Positions 39,650 through 51,775 of a stretch of 64,000 nt of DNA are shown piece by piece. A program made the translations under genes and the position numbers. The stretch covers positions 8,186,001 through 8,250,000 of the forward strand of contig NC_087438.1 of the NCBI RefSeq assembly GCF_036321535.1. Reading direction: 5' to 3'. The DNA is from Camelus dromedarius. Lineage: Eukaryota. The notes beneath the pieces were generated by a model. The model saw only the letters and a program-made list of their open reading frames with translations. It ran no database searches and had not been told where the DNA came from. Each line of letters opens with the position of its first letter. Positions within the stretch are counted from its first letter, which is position 1.

Positions 39650-40200
39650 TGATTTTATCATACAGCTAGAAGGGTCAAAAAAACCAACTGAAAAATATCC
39701 TGAATTACCACTCCTCCAAAAAGGAAATCAGTTCAATGGCAGGTTATATACTGAAAACTCAATAGCTTCTTGAGATGTTGGCAAAAGCACAAGGTACAAT
39801 TCTTTGGGGGAAAAAAAATTCACCATAGAATCAAATTATAAAATGTCCAAAAATAAATTTAACAGAAAAAGTGAAAGAAATATAAAAATAAAATCATAAA
39901 ATTTCATTGAAGGAGTGAAAACAAAATGAAACCCTTTCATGTAATTAGAAAAAAAGTCATATTCCTAGGTGGAGATATTTTTAAAGTGTCACTGCTCACC
40001 AGAATATATATATATATATATAGATATATATCTTCAGTGCAATCCCCCCAAAATCAATTTGTATCCTTTCTTTACTTAAAATGTCAAAGTCGATTCATAT
40101 GAAAGAATACCTATAGAAAACCAGTAAACTCAGTTTTGAAAAAGATCTATCATTATCAAAATGTATTCTCAAATGACAATAACTCAAATAGCTTGTTATT
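39650..40200 (+). mobile_element. Old L1M ORF2-derived fragment
   Basis: A-rich, with aaataaatttaacagaaaaagtgaaaga, tattcctaggtggaga and ttcagtgcaatccccc resembling degraded L1 ORF2. Confidence 0.55.
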
Positions 40201-40689
40201 TACTAAATAATATTATTTTTTTTTTCAGAAACAAACTACTATGTTTACTGTCACTTAAAATCTGTCTACATGGTCATTTTCTTATAACCTTTTCTTCCTT
40301 ATTGAATAAAATCTAAAAATCTCATTATCTCTAAGAATACTAACCTGCTCAGAATTTCCTAAATTTCAGTTTTCTTGGCTATCTTTGAGCTACTTTTAAA
40401 CAACATTATCCCTGAAGTCATGGGGTCTCACATGTTATTTGTGTTTTTAAGTACCCATGGAAAGAAATATATAACTGTTAAAATGAAAATGTTCAGCCCT
40501 GAGCCGCCTGCAGCCACCCCACAGGGCACCACCTCACTCCTCCGACTGAGAGTGTGCTACCTAGATGAATGTATTTCTATTTCATGAAGTTAATAAAGAA
40601 CATGTGAACACAAAGTATAATTTCATTACTTATTTTAAAGTTTTGAAATTGCCATTGATTTGGCCTTTCCCATATGTGACTTTAGCTTC

Positions 40690-41545
40690 TTATGCATTTT
40701 TATTAAAAGTACGCTAACCTGCAATTTAAAATATTTTGAATTACTATTCAATAAAATTGGTATTTTTTCTTGTGGTCCATAGTTTTGTGAATTTCAACAC
40801 ATTGATAGATTCTGTGACTAGCAGCATAATCAGAATACAGAACAGTCCTGTTGCCCTAGAAACTTCCCTCATGTAATCAATCCCTTTATACACTCCTTCC
40901 TCCACCTATAGATAATCACTGATATGTCTTCCATCTTTATGACTTTGTCTTTGGAGAATGTCATGACTTTTCTCACTTAGCAAATGTCTTTGGATTCATT
41001 AAAGTTGTTGCAAGTGTCAATCGTTTGCTCTTTTATACTGCTGAGTGGTATTCTGTTTGTGGATGTACCATATTCAGTTTCAGCATTCATCTGTTGAAAG
41101 AGATTTAGGTTGTTTCGAGCTTTGAGTATTACAAATAAAGTTAATATGAACACTCATATACAGTCTTGGCACAAACATAAGTTTTCATTTCTCTAGGGTA
41201 AATACCTAGATATTTGATCCTGGGTCATATGGTGACTATATATTTAACTTTATAAGAAAATACCAGTTTTCCAGCATCTATAGCATTTTGCATTCCTTCC
41301 AGCAACGTGTTAAGAGTTCCAGTTCCTCTGTGTTCCTGGTATTGTCAAGTTGTTTTTTTTTTTTTTTTTTTTTGATGTGTTTGTTATTAAATTTTAGCCA
41401 TTCTGATCAGTGTGCAGGGATATCTCATTGTGGTTCACATCTGCATTCTCCCAGTGGTTAATGATGGGAAATATCCTCCCCAGTGCTTACTTGCTCTCCT
41501 TATAACTTCTTGATGAAGTATCTGTTCACGTCCTCTGCTTACCCT
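40690..41545 (-). mobile_element. L1MA/MB-type 3' fragment (antisense)
   Basis: tgctgagtggtattctgtttgtggatgtacca...cattcatctgttgaaagagatttaggttgtttc...gttttcatttctctagggtaaatacctag...ttttagccattctgat...atctcattgtggtt. Confidence 0.85.
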
Positions 41546-43064
41546 TCATTTTAAGCTACAGAGATAATTCTTCTTCGTCATTTTTCTAGATAAAATCTAT
41601 AGGTTATTAAAAATATGGCTAGATTAGGCAATCCTTTTGAATTTCATATGCTGTCAACTCACTTTCCTTTTATAAGTTCCATACAATGTGCTCTCAAAAT
41701 CACTGAATGGAAATAAACATGTGAAAAGAGGAGCTTTTCAACACACAGTTTTACTTCCTTCGAGTGAAATGAGAACAGAATGAGCTGGGAGATGCGTTCT
41801 GGATAATGTAACCAAATATGCAAAGAAGAGCAAAGTTAATGAGTAATAATGCAGCGAGTGGCACACAGCTGCCCATGTAAGTTTTACATTCGCATAAACC
41901 TATTCTCTGTGCTCGCTCATTGAGGTGTTCTAACACACGTTCAATTGTTATTCACTTTATTTATGGGTTTTTTTTTAAACTAGATTTGCTGTTAGGAAAG
42001 CATTTTTCTCATCTGCAGGCACACCTGTGTCTGAAATGACAACTTAGCGAGCGCATACGAGGCAGTCTCTACAAAGTTTGCTCTAGGTTTACTGTGTTGA
42101 TCCCAATGCATCCTGGCTCCACTGCCCTGTGATGGCTCAGATTCATAGTCTAGAAAGCGCTTCCCAGACAGCCCAGTATCAACCCCAGTCCCACACTAAA
42201 GGTGCACAAGGCTCCTGATGTGAATTCATGCTGGTGGTGGAAGAGGCAAACCTCAAAGCAGCACCTAACCCTCTACCTAGAGTCTCGCTTTCTACATTCA
42301 TCGTGTTCACATTTGACTTTTTTGCTACCCAGAACCTGCAACAGCATGTTTTAAAACTCCAGTCTCTGAGATTTTCAAAATTTCCACATGAAAAAAATGA
42401 ATGATGCGCACATTTTTGCAGCCAGATGTTAAAAGTCAAAGAACGAGAAAATGGCTCACAATTGTGTTTTACCTGTTAAAAATGGTAAGACCTTTCCAGA
42501 AGTATGCAGAGTTTTATTCCTTATGTTCTATTTATAAGACATAATCATTAAAACAAAATACAGACCGAGTTGCCATAGCTCTCAGTTCTTACTTATAGCT
42601 TTTGAAATTCAATGCATATTTATCACACGCGTACTCTTGGGCAAAAAGGAGGGAGGCACTAACCAAAAGATTTAAAAGATCCACAAAATGCCAGACAAAT
42701 TGAATGAGGACTGTTTAAATATCCCAAGCCTTTTCATTTAAAACTTTATATTCCATTTATATTTTACATTCCAATTTTTATGCCTGACAACAAATGTTGG
42801 CTTTAAGAAACAAAATAGAACATATGTGTGTCTAGCCACACACACACACTCTATGTTTTAATTTTGTTTTTTTCATTGCTTAGATAATCCGCAACCTCAT
42901 GCTCTTCAATGTTAATAAATATATCAGGATGCACGATCGCAGTTCATCACAGGTCTTGAGTAATTCGGAGTAAACTCCCTCCTTGAAACGAAATACTCCG
43001 AAGAACACACTTCAAAATCAAAACACGAGAGGGATGGCTTATGATGGAAACTGTAACCATTATT

Positions 43065-43219
43065 AGGAAATCAAAAAGGAAGATGAATGTGATTATTAAT
43101 TTCCAAATTTTTGAAAAGGTAGAAAGAGTGAATTTTTAAAAGGAAATCAAAAAGGAAGATGAATGTGATTATTAATTTCCAGATTTCTGAAAAGGTAGAA
43201 AGAGTGAATTTTTAAAAGG
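43065..43219. repeat. 76-bp tandem duplication (2 copies)
   Basis: 43065-43140 and 43141-43216 are identical apart from 2 substitutions (ttccaaatttttg vs ttccagatttctg). Confidence 0.97.
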
Positions 43220-43585
43220 CCTGCAGCTTTTTAAATCTTATGCTACTACACAATTATGACAATGATTACTGCCTAGGATCCACCTGTCCTGATGGTACAC
43301 AGCTTCCCTGGTGATGCGGGGCCCTCTCCAGGCCCTTGGGGAGGCCTCCATTTTCACCTTAATGACAGGATTTGGAATGTGTAATGGGACAAACCATTTA
43401 TTATGACATTGCAAACAGTTAAATAGCACTGATTGAGTGGACCCCAGGCACTATTTAAAGGGCTTTCCATATAATATCTCAATCACCTTCTCAACCACAC
43501 TCGGAGATTTGGACATTATTAATACCATCTCCAGTATATGCAGGAGCAAACTAAGGCACAGAAAAGTTAAAAGTTTTTTCAAAGT

Positions 43586-43739
43586 GGGGGAGGGTATAGC
43601 TCAGAAGTAGAGTGCAGATGCCTGAGGTCCTGGGTTCAACCCCCAGTACCTCCGTTAAAAAACAAACAAACAATTCATAAATAAACCTAAATCACTCCCC
43701 TCACTCCCTCAAAATAAAAGCTTTGGAAAAAAAAAAAAA
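43586..43739 (+). mobile_element. Camelid tRNA-Ala-derived SINE (Vic-1 type), copy 1
   Basis: gggggagggtatagctcag...gaggtcctgggttcaacccccagtacctcc (B-box GGTTCAACCCC), AT-rich middle, C-rich stretch and poly(A). Confidence 0.85.
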
Positions 43740-43755
43740 GATCTAGGCTCTTGTA

Positions 43756-43871
43756 GGGGAAGGTATAGCTCAGTGGTAGAGTGTATGCTTAGCATGCACG
43801 AGGTCCTGGGGATTGAACCCAACTACATAAAAAAATACATAAACTTAATTAACCCACCTCCTCCCAAAAAA
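43756..43871 (+). mobile_element. Camelid tRNA-Ala-derived SINE (Vic-1 type), copy 2
   Basis: ggggaaggtatagctcagtggtagagtgtatgcttagcatgcacgaggtcctggg is a tRNA-Ala(AGC)-like head with intact A-box; the tail resembles copy 1. Confidence 0.85.
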
Positions 43872-46800
43872 TGGTTTCTCAGGTTCCCAGCACTAGGAAG
43901 AAACAGAGCTGGAATTCCAACCCAGGCAGTCTGGCTTGGGAATCCACAATCTTAATCCTCCCTGCTTCCTAGGGAGACAGAAATGCAGAACATCCTCCTG
44001 GGAATTACAGATGTCACTTCTACGTGGGATGTTCTCCCCCACTGTGACCACGATAACGTCCTCCTCTTTTCTAGGGCACCGGTTCCCTTTCAGAGCGGGG
44101 ACTCTTGAAACAGTTGCCGGTGCCAAAATGGAAAGCTGCTACAGTGACAAGCCTGATTTCCAAGTAGATACCCAGTCAGTGTTTTAAATAACATATTTTA
44201 GAAAGAATCCAGCAACTCAGCAACCACTTGTGACGCATTCTTTCTAATTACCATCGAACATTTGGTTCTCTGTAGACACTTTGCTGTCACCAAAATACTG
44301 CTATTTCATGCATGAGAACTTGCTTAGCAAAAATATTTTCAAAAAGAACCAGGACAGCTGTCAAAAATGATCATAACCTTTGCGATGTGAAGAATCCTGA
44401 AATAAGCTGTTGGGTATCTTTACGTGCGAAACGGAAGCCGGGTACAGCCCTCGGATACTTAGAGCACATCTCATAACACAAAATACTGTCTTGCACACAC
44501 CCACACGCTGCTGTATAATGTCAGCAAAAAACGCACTGCCTGTGTTATTTCGCGTGATCACGAATGGAGGGTAGCTAAGTAGGTATTTTCACTCGCTGTT
44601 TCTCAGAAAAGTTCTTCAAGGCTTGAACAGGTTTAAACAAGAATCTTGTATCACTACCAGGTAGCAAACTAGCTCCTAGACTAGTTGCCTCTAGAGAATC
44701 CTGTCCATTCTTCGTTTCTTGATGTCTCAGTGGTAGGAAGACTTTACGCAATGGTGTAGATGTGTCTGACATGTATTTATAAGGATGTGTAAATATCAGA
44801 AACTGTATATACATGTATACAGTAGTCTATACATACGACATGTGAATTGATGCGAATTGATGTTCTGATATCTGTATCTACGTCTACATAGCTATACTTA
44901 CATCTAGATCTAGATTTTTTCTCTCTCCCACCAGCCTTTTTTTTTGTGTGAAAAAATGGACTAATATGAAATATAGCCAAATAAAGAGAAATATATATTT
45001 TTACTCAGACAATTATTTTCACAGTTACTGGGTTTGAATTACGGACCTCCATGGCTTTGAACCACCTGCTTAGGGGATTGAAGCCTGATTTGCTGTTTGG
45101 AAAACAGAGGGATTTGGTTAAGGCGTTGGGTGACATCAGTGCCTTTCAACCTAAGGTCTGCAGAGTCCTCGAGCTTCAAGTCTCGGGGTGACTGGGGTGC
45201 AGGGGGAGGAGGTGAGATTCTAGGCATCAAGCAACTTAAAATGCCACCTCTCCAGGCTGAGATATAGACTGGACTTCTGAGGAAGATTTCACTAGAAATT
45301 CAAGATCAAAACACATGTGAAAATCTCTGATCCTTAAGGCCACTTACAGTACTTGTAGTATTTTGTTGCCATTTAATGCCTTAAAGAGACACATTGATAT
45401 TCACATTTACTGTGATCTTACATAGAATGACATCTTCACTCTCTACGCATCCGTATGAAATACAGAAAAGTAGTGTGTCACAGCTTTAATGGAGCTGACC
45501 ATCTAATTGCTTAGAAGTCATTGTTATCTAACCATAATGTATATATATGTACAAGCAAGACTCTGACATAGCTGTTTGCCCTACTTAGCTTACTTTAGGT
45601 TAACAATAAGTGCTCCACAGCAATGAAATTTCATTTAACAAAATACTAATCTTCCGACTTATTCATCTGAATCAATGAGGTTTTACATAACATCTTACTT
45701 CAGAAGAGCAAACTACTGTCTTAAGAACAATTTCGAATTTGGCTTGGCTAATTTTCTCTGTAAGTCTTCAGTATATGAAAAATATTAAAGATCTGAAAAA
45801 CATTAACCTAGGATAAATGCAGATTTGTAGTTGAGATAATTTAGATTTATAAATGTCTGAATTATTTTTTAAAGAACAATTAAAATTCATAACATATAAA
45901 GAGTGTAAAATATCACAGTGATTCAAATTTTTTCTAACAAAATTTGATGCAATTTGTGCTTAAAGAAAAATATTTAGATTTAAAGGGTTGTTAATTCAAT
46001 GTCCACCCTTCAGGAATAAAAGATCTATTTGTGATTTTTAAGAATATATTCGTTTTCATAACATCCTGACAAGGAAGATTCTGAACCTTCCAGTTGGTAA
46101 TCAATAGTCATTGTTAATGATTAGGTGACTTCATGAATATTTTCTGACTCTGAAGAAGATGTGGGTTTGTTGCTACGTCATCAATCATCATGGGCCATCT
46201 GGCTAAAGAGAAGAACAAGTCTTCATTAGAAGCGAACATTTTTGAAAATCCATTTTACCAACAGCTATGAGTGCATTCATCTCATTTGCAGAAGAAGGGA
46301 GCTTTCTGATCTGTAAATGCCTATTCTACCTTGTCTCAACCATGTGGGAGTGGTATCGGCAAAAGAAACGTGGACATGAAACAAATACAAAGAATTTTCA
46401 AAGAGATGCTGCCACCTTTTGGTTGCACTTCCATGAAGCTGACACTCACTCCTGAAAGCTTGCGAAGTCAGAAGAAAGTCTCACTGAAACGATGGCGAAC
46501 GTTTCAGAATCATAAGCAATTCCATGGTGGCCGTATTTCTTATTTAGAATGGCTCCCACTATTTTGGAAAGTTTCAGAAAGACTCATTGACAGGAAGTCA
46601 TCTTTCCAAATGTTAATACAGCAGTAGAAAAGATCCACTTGAGAAATGGAGAAATGCTCCTTGTTTTATTGAGGTCAGACATATTAATGCTGTGTCATAA
46701 TACCCATCGAGGCGATAATAAAGGAATTTTTATTCTACTGAAGGAAAGACCAGGAAAGATCACTTAATGCTTTCTGCGCTAGCATTCCATCGAGGCTCCA

Positions 46801-49049
46801 CGTCTCATTTCGTCAGTGGTTAGTTCTCATACTTGTGAAGATCTTTTTTACTAATCCCACTCTCCAAACAGAGTAGGGATCCAATCTGTCTTTTCTTACA
46901 AGTTCTTCACAATTTCTTTCATTCCTCAGGAGTTAATTTGCTTTCAGGCTGAAGCAGCACCTACTCCTAAGGAAAGAGTTTACCTCCTGGAGTCTAATCA
47001 ATAATTACAAGAATAGGCCCCATGGTTTTTTAATGACTTCATTTAACTGACTCTGACTTGAAATCAGAAAACTTCTTTGAGTCTGATGGTTATATTTATT
47101 ATTTATAAAAATATTTTAACAAGTTGAAATATTAATCATGGTATACTGAGTGTTCATTCTGTCACTTTAAAAACTGAACCGTTGTCTTAAGCAGTATTCA
47201 ATAGCACTGTTGGTATTTACTCTCTTTCTTTGATTCCTTTGAAGTAATTATTCAAATCACTGACTTTACATGCCAAAGATCTGAAGGGTTTCCAAATGCA
47301 CCTGCAACCTAAAGGAACAGTACCCAACCATGTAAGCCGTGGGCTAATTCCAAAGGACTCAAGGAAACTGGGATTTAGTCCAGTTTTACAATACCACCAT
47401 TGACCTTGAACTGCCCTTCAGTGTATAGCCCCGAAGCAAGCTGAGACCATCACTGCCCCTTGTGGTCTGCAACACAGTGCTTCAGATCCTCTCACAGCAC
47501 AGTGATGGGTGGATGCCCCAGGATGTCCCAGCCCCTCACTGGCTACTGCAGATGCCAGGAGTCCAGGCAGAGCTTACACCCCTGGTTTCTGGACTTCTCT
47601 GAGTTCTTACTGCCGCCTCTCTTCTGACTCACATAGACCAAGTCAGGAAGCTCAGCCCTTAAGTGACTTCTGCAATAGAATCTCATTCAAGTTCTAACTT
47701 CAGCCTCCCTTACTGAGGCCTGAAGAGGGCGGAGACACACAGAGCCCACTCCTAGCTCCTCCTCCGCCCCTCCTCCTCCACACATCTATTCGGCTGCCCC
47801 TCCACCCAATGGCCCCAAAATGCTTCTCCCTCAAGAGGAGCCATGAGGCCAACAGTATCTCATATCCTTTCCTATGACGTTATTACAATTCCTCTCCTCT
47901 CCTCACTCCCCATCCTGCTTCATGGCCCCTCCTTACTCAGCACCCATTATCAGGATTATTCCGAATTGAGAGCATTATATGAAACATCCTCACAATGCCT
48001 CCTTGTCTGTCTCTCCCTTCCGAGATGACAACAGCTCCATGACTAATCTACCAAGGCTAGTTTTTAAAGTTTATGTATCTATTGTTGCTGTTGTAAGGCA
48101 TGAAAAAATAGCAGGGACCGTGGAAGTGTGTGTGTTAACCTCAGGACCACGAGGAACGAATAGGTTTCCGACACCCAGGTCCGGTTCAGCTGTCTTATTT
48201 CCCTAGCCGGCAGGTACTGCCCACTCCCGGTTATCAAATAGGTCCGGTGAGAACTGCTGAGCGTATGTTTGATTTTCATGCTAGCCCTGACTCAGGTCAT
48301 CAGTGTTTTACTGTAGGATTTCTTCATGGGGCCAGTACCATCAGAGCTGTTCTTTAGCCCCGTGATGCGTAAAACAGGGTTGTCCTGTGGAAGCAGCCGC
48401 TGGCTATGCTGCATTCCATCAGAAAATGCATTCAGGGTTTTCAGAGTCTGCCACCCCCAAACCCTAAGTCAGGAACTTAGCTGAGCTTCAGATCTGCATG
48501 ATACACGTGGGAGAGGTCTATGCAGACTGGGAGGACATGGAATTCTCTGACTACTGTCAGTAAAGGGAACTCACCACAGAGAGAAGCCTCTGTTTAGGTA
48601 CTAGAGTCCTCTGCTCAGCCAGTTGTTCTGAATTCCAAATTCATTTTCCCGCAGAGACGGTGCCATACCTGACCATGAGCTCCGTGCCCCACCCACAGCA
48701 TCACTGTCCTCCTGTCTAAGGGCACTGTCTGGACTGCCCTAAGCAGAAGGAGTGACACGGGCTCTAGGATGCTGGCCAGGGCTGGAGAGCGGGCAGGGGA
48801 GAGGACAGACCACCGCCCTGTGCTGGACGCCTGAGCTGGACCGCCTCGAGCACTGCGCCCAATCCTTTGCATCCACTCCTCCAACGCGGTCAGAGTGAGG
48901 GAGCACAGACGTGGTAAACACATGCCCGGAGGAGCCAAGGGGGAAGGATGGAGAGCTGGGGCTCACTCGTGCTTGTCTGCCTATGTCTCCAAACATGTGA
49001 ACCCAGTACCTTTGAAAAGAGGGACGTCCCCCTCCAGGTTTGAATTGTT

Positions 49050-49520
49050 TTCACTCACTCATTAGAAAACTATCTTTTTTCAGTCACAGGCTGAGTGCTT
49101 CCAATGCAAAGGAGAACAAAGATGTCACTTCTGCTTCAATGACACTTTTTATCTAATGTGAAAGGTCAGATCACATAAAGAACTATGTGGATAGAAATTA
49201 TGATGGGATATGAAGGAAGTGGTTGGGTGCCCCGAGCTTAAGGAGGGCTATGTTAGATTAGGTGGTCAGTTAAGGCCACTGTGGGAGTAACATTTAAGCT
49301 GAGACAGGAAGGGTAAGTAGATGCCCAGGAGACAGGGAATTATGGGTAGAGTAGAGGGTACGGTGTGTGCAAAGGCCGTGAGGCACAGAAGAACTTGGTG
49401 CATTTTAGAAGACGGAAAGATCTGCTAGAGGCAGAGAGTGGGGGAGGAAGGGCAAGAGGAAAGTCTGTAAAAGCAGGCAGGGGTAAGATAAGGAGTATCT
49501 TGAAAGAGCAGAAGAAATTT
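49050..49520 (-). mobile_element. L2 fragment
   Basis: ggtggtcagttaaggccactgtgggagtaacatttaagctgagac...gtgcaaaggccgtgaggcacagaagaacttggtgcatt. Confidence 0.6.
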
Positions 49521-49869
49521 TTATTAGGAAATAAGATAGGTGACCCAAGCTAGATCTATGGGTGGTATATTTTAGACATTGATTTGTATGTGTGAATTAC
49601 CCATAAATCTACTTTTATGTCTGAAACCACCCATAAATCGAGCAAGAAAAATTAATGACATACTTGTGTAATATTGCAAGAAAATGGTTTTATGATAAAT
49701 TAGCTTATCTTCCAGCAAATCGGAGTCCCTCCCCACCGTCCTGCAGTGGAACAGGCTTTGTGCCCCGTTGACTTCGAGCGTGGCTAAGGGACTCGATTCA
49801 GTTGATGGGATGGAACAGAACGGTATGGGATGTGAGCATCAGAGGGTGGGGGGATCCCATGAGAGAAGG

Positions 49870-50062
49870 TCACGCCCCTTCATCCTGGGCTCAGAATGAC
49901 CAGACACCACTCTGATCTGCCAGCAAACTGCACACACCCTACTTCACGAGTTATGTGCACAACAGTAAGTGTGCAAATAAATGCTTGGCATTATCGGACA
50001 CTGGGCTCTGCGGTGGTTCATTATGCAGTTTTGTGGCAGCAAAAGGTAACATTAAAAAGAGC
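49870..50062 (+). mobile_element. Old MLT1 LTR 3' fragment
   Basis: catcctgggctcagaatga...aaataaatgcttggcattat...cactgggctctgcggtggttcattatgcag...gcagcaaaaggtaac. Confidence 0.55.
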
Positions 50063-50124
50063 CTTAACGTTAAAAATTGCTCTTATCATCTCCCCCAATA
50101 TACATGCACACTTGCACTTGCAAA

Positions 50125-50156
50125 CACACAGAAACACACACACACACACACACACA
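50125..50156. repeat. (CA)n microsatellite (interrupted)
   Basis: cacacagaaacacacacacacacacacacaca, read directly. Confidence 0.9.
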
Positions 50157-50944
50157 GATTTGCTAGGCACCAGACTTGACTACAGAAGAAGCAACAGAGA
50201 AATGACGTCTAGGAGGCTAAGCAGATGTGAGCCATCACTCTTGACTCTACCACTAAATGATGGCTGGTGAGGCCGTGACTGAGTTAAACCTGGCTGCTAC
50301 TACTGGCTGTGCTCTGGGCTTCGTTATAAACCTACTGTATAGAGTATTTCAGCTTTTCAGCAATTTTTTTCTTTTCCCTCAAGAAAGGAAGGGTATCAGT
50401 GAAATGCAATGGCAAAGGAGGACCGCACTGAGCAGCTGCACATACAGGATCTCAGTTTCCAGCTTAGGGAAACCTCCGTCTTTTCTAGCACGTGTCTTTA
50501 CAGCCAATAAGATGCTGGCACTTAAAGCTATTACACTGCTCCCTTGAGTATAGTTGGGGGATTTTTATGTTGCTATAATGCTTCCCGCTTCTTAAGGGTT
50601 TTTTGGAGCAAATCTTTTAACCATGAAGTTGTACTGCATAGACTCCAGGATGACACTGAAAGGCACCTAAAAGAGAGAAAACTGCATTGATATATTTGGT
50701 CATTGCATTAATTGCTGCACCAATCTAAGTTCTAGATGTGATTTTTTTAAATTATCTGATGGCTCTTAAACATTCTCATATCCTAAGAATGTAAATACAT
50801 TAAAATACAGAATTCATGAAATCTGGAGTCCTTTCTACTGTGCTGGGAGTTCTTCAAACAGGACAGGTAAATTTCTTGTTCTCAGATACACGGGTTTTCA
50901 GAACGTTAGAGTTGAAATAGGCTTCAGAACTCCTCTAACCTAGT

Positions 50945-51115
50945 GCAAATTTTGTGGGTCATCCTTTGAGGATCTAGTGAAACCAATGAAATGCCTCCCC
51001 AGAAAAAATTTCAAATCAAAATTTGATACATACTTACAGGGAGTTCAGACTATTCTAAAACCCATCTATGGACAGACACCTCGTGACTTCATGGTCTCCA
51101 GAATAAGAGCTCTGA
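50945..51115. mobile_element. Probable hAT-Charlie non-autonomous DNA transposon (MER103-like)
   Basis: cctttgaggatctagtgaaaccaatg...ctccccagaaaaaa...aaaatttgatacatacttacagggagttcagac...cccatctatggac resembles a recalled hAT-Charlie consensus; the subfamily is uncertain. Confidence 0.55.
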
Positions 51116-51214
51116 TCTTGTCTATATTCTAGATGAGAATCATTTTTCCTGTCCTCTCCATCTAGTTCTCCGCTGCCCTGCAGTGACGGCCCAAAGCCTG
51201 GAGAGAGGTCGGAT

Positions 51215-51775
51215 CACTGCAGGATTACTGTTCACCAACTTGCTTCTGATCTGCTTAAAACTTTCGGAAGTAATTGGAGAGAAAAGGATTATGCTGTGGT
51301 GTAGCCGTCACCCACCTTTCAAAAACTGTCAACATCTGGTCACCCTGTTTCATCTGTTCCCCCTCCTTCACTTTTTCGGCTGAAGTGTTCTAAAACAAAC
51401 GCATGGCATCTTACTGTTTCATCCATGAAATCTGTAATGTGCACGTCCAGACAACAAGGATATGCCATTACCCTGATTCGTAGAAATTCCCAGATCCAAC
51501 AGCAACCCCTCCTATCATGATTCCAAATTCATACTAAAATTTCTCATCCTGAAGATTTTTTAAACAGTTGGTTTGTTCAAACCAGGGTCCAAAATATTTG
51601 CATATTTAATTTGCTTGTTCTATTTCTTAAATGTCTTGTATTTTAATAGCCCCTTCCTGAGTTCTCTTTTTATTGATTTCTTTTAAAAAAAGAATTTTTT
51701 TTTTCTTGAAGAATCTCCCACATTCTGGATTTGGCCACTAACTCCCTTATACTCCCACTGAATTTGTTCTATCAT
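51215..51775 (-). mobile_element. L1MC4/5-type 3' fragment
   Basis: tgtcaacatctggtcaccctgtttcatct...acagttggtttgttcaaaccagggtccaaa...gaagaatctcccacattctggatttggc. Confidence 0.65.

Larger units (their letters stand above)
43420..43960 (-). mobile_element. MIR SINE split by two Vic-1 SINEs
   Basis: ...gcaaactaaggcacagaaaagttaaaag before the SINEs, and ggttcccagcactaggaagaaacagagctggaattccaacccaggcagtctggct after them. Confidence 0.8.

Noticed and set aside
43065..43219. CRISPR-like or array interpretation of direct repeats (also 32982-33028 and 3563-3613)
   Set aside because: This is mammalian DNA, there are only 2-4 units without regular unique spacers, and there are no cas genes.
43756..43830. 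Apparent tRNA-Ala gene
   Set aside because: The T-arm/B-box and acceptor stem are disrupted and it has a SINE-type tail, so it is a Vic-1 SINE head.
44790..44915. Short palindromes (atctagatctagat and others)
   Set aside because: They lie in degenerate TA/TATCTA low-complexity sequence where self-complementarity is expected.
46267..46627. Protein-like ORFs in repeat-free sequence, considered as a processed pseudogene
   Set aside because: No recognisable homology in the frames I translated on either strand, and no TSD or poly(A).
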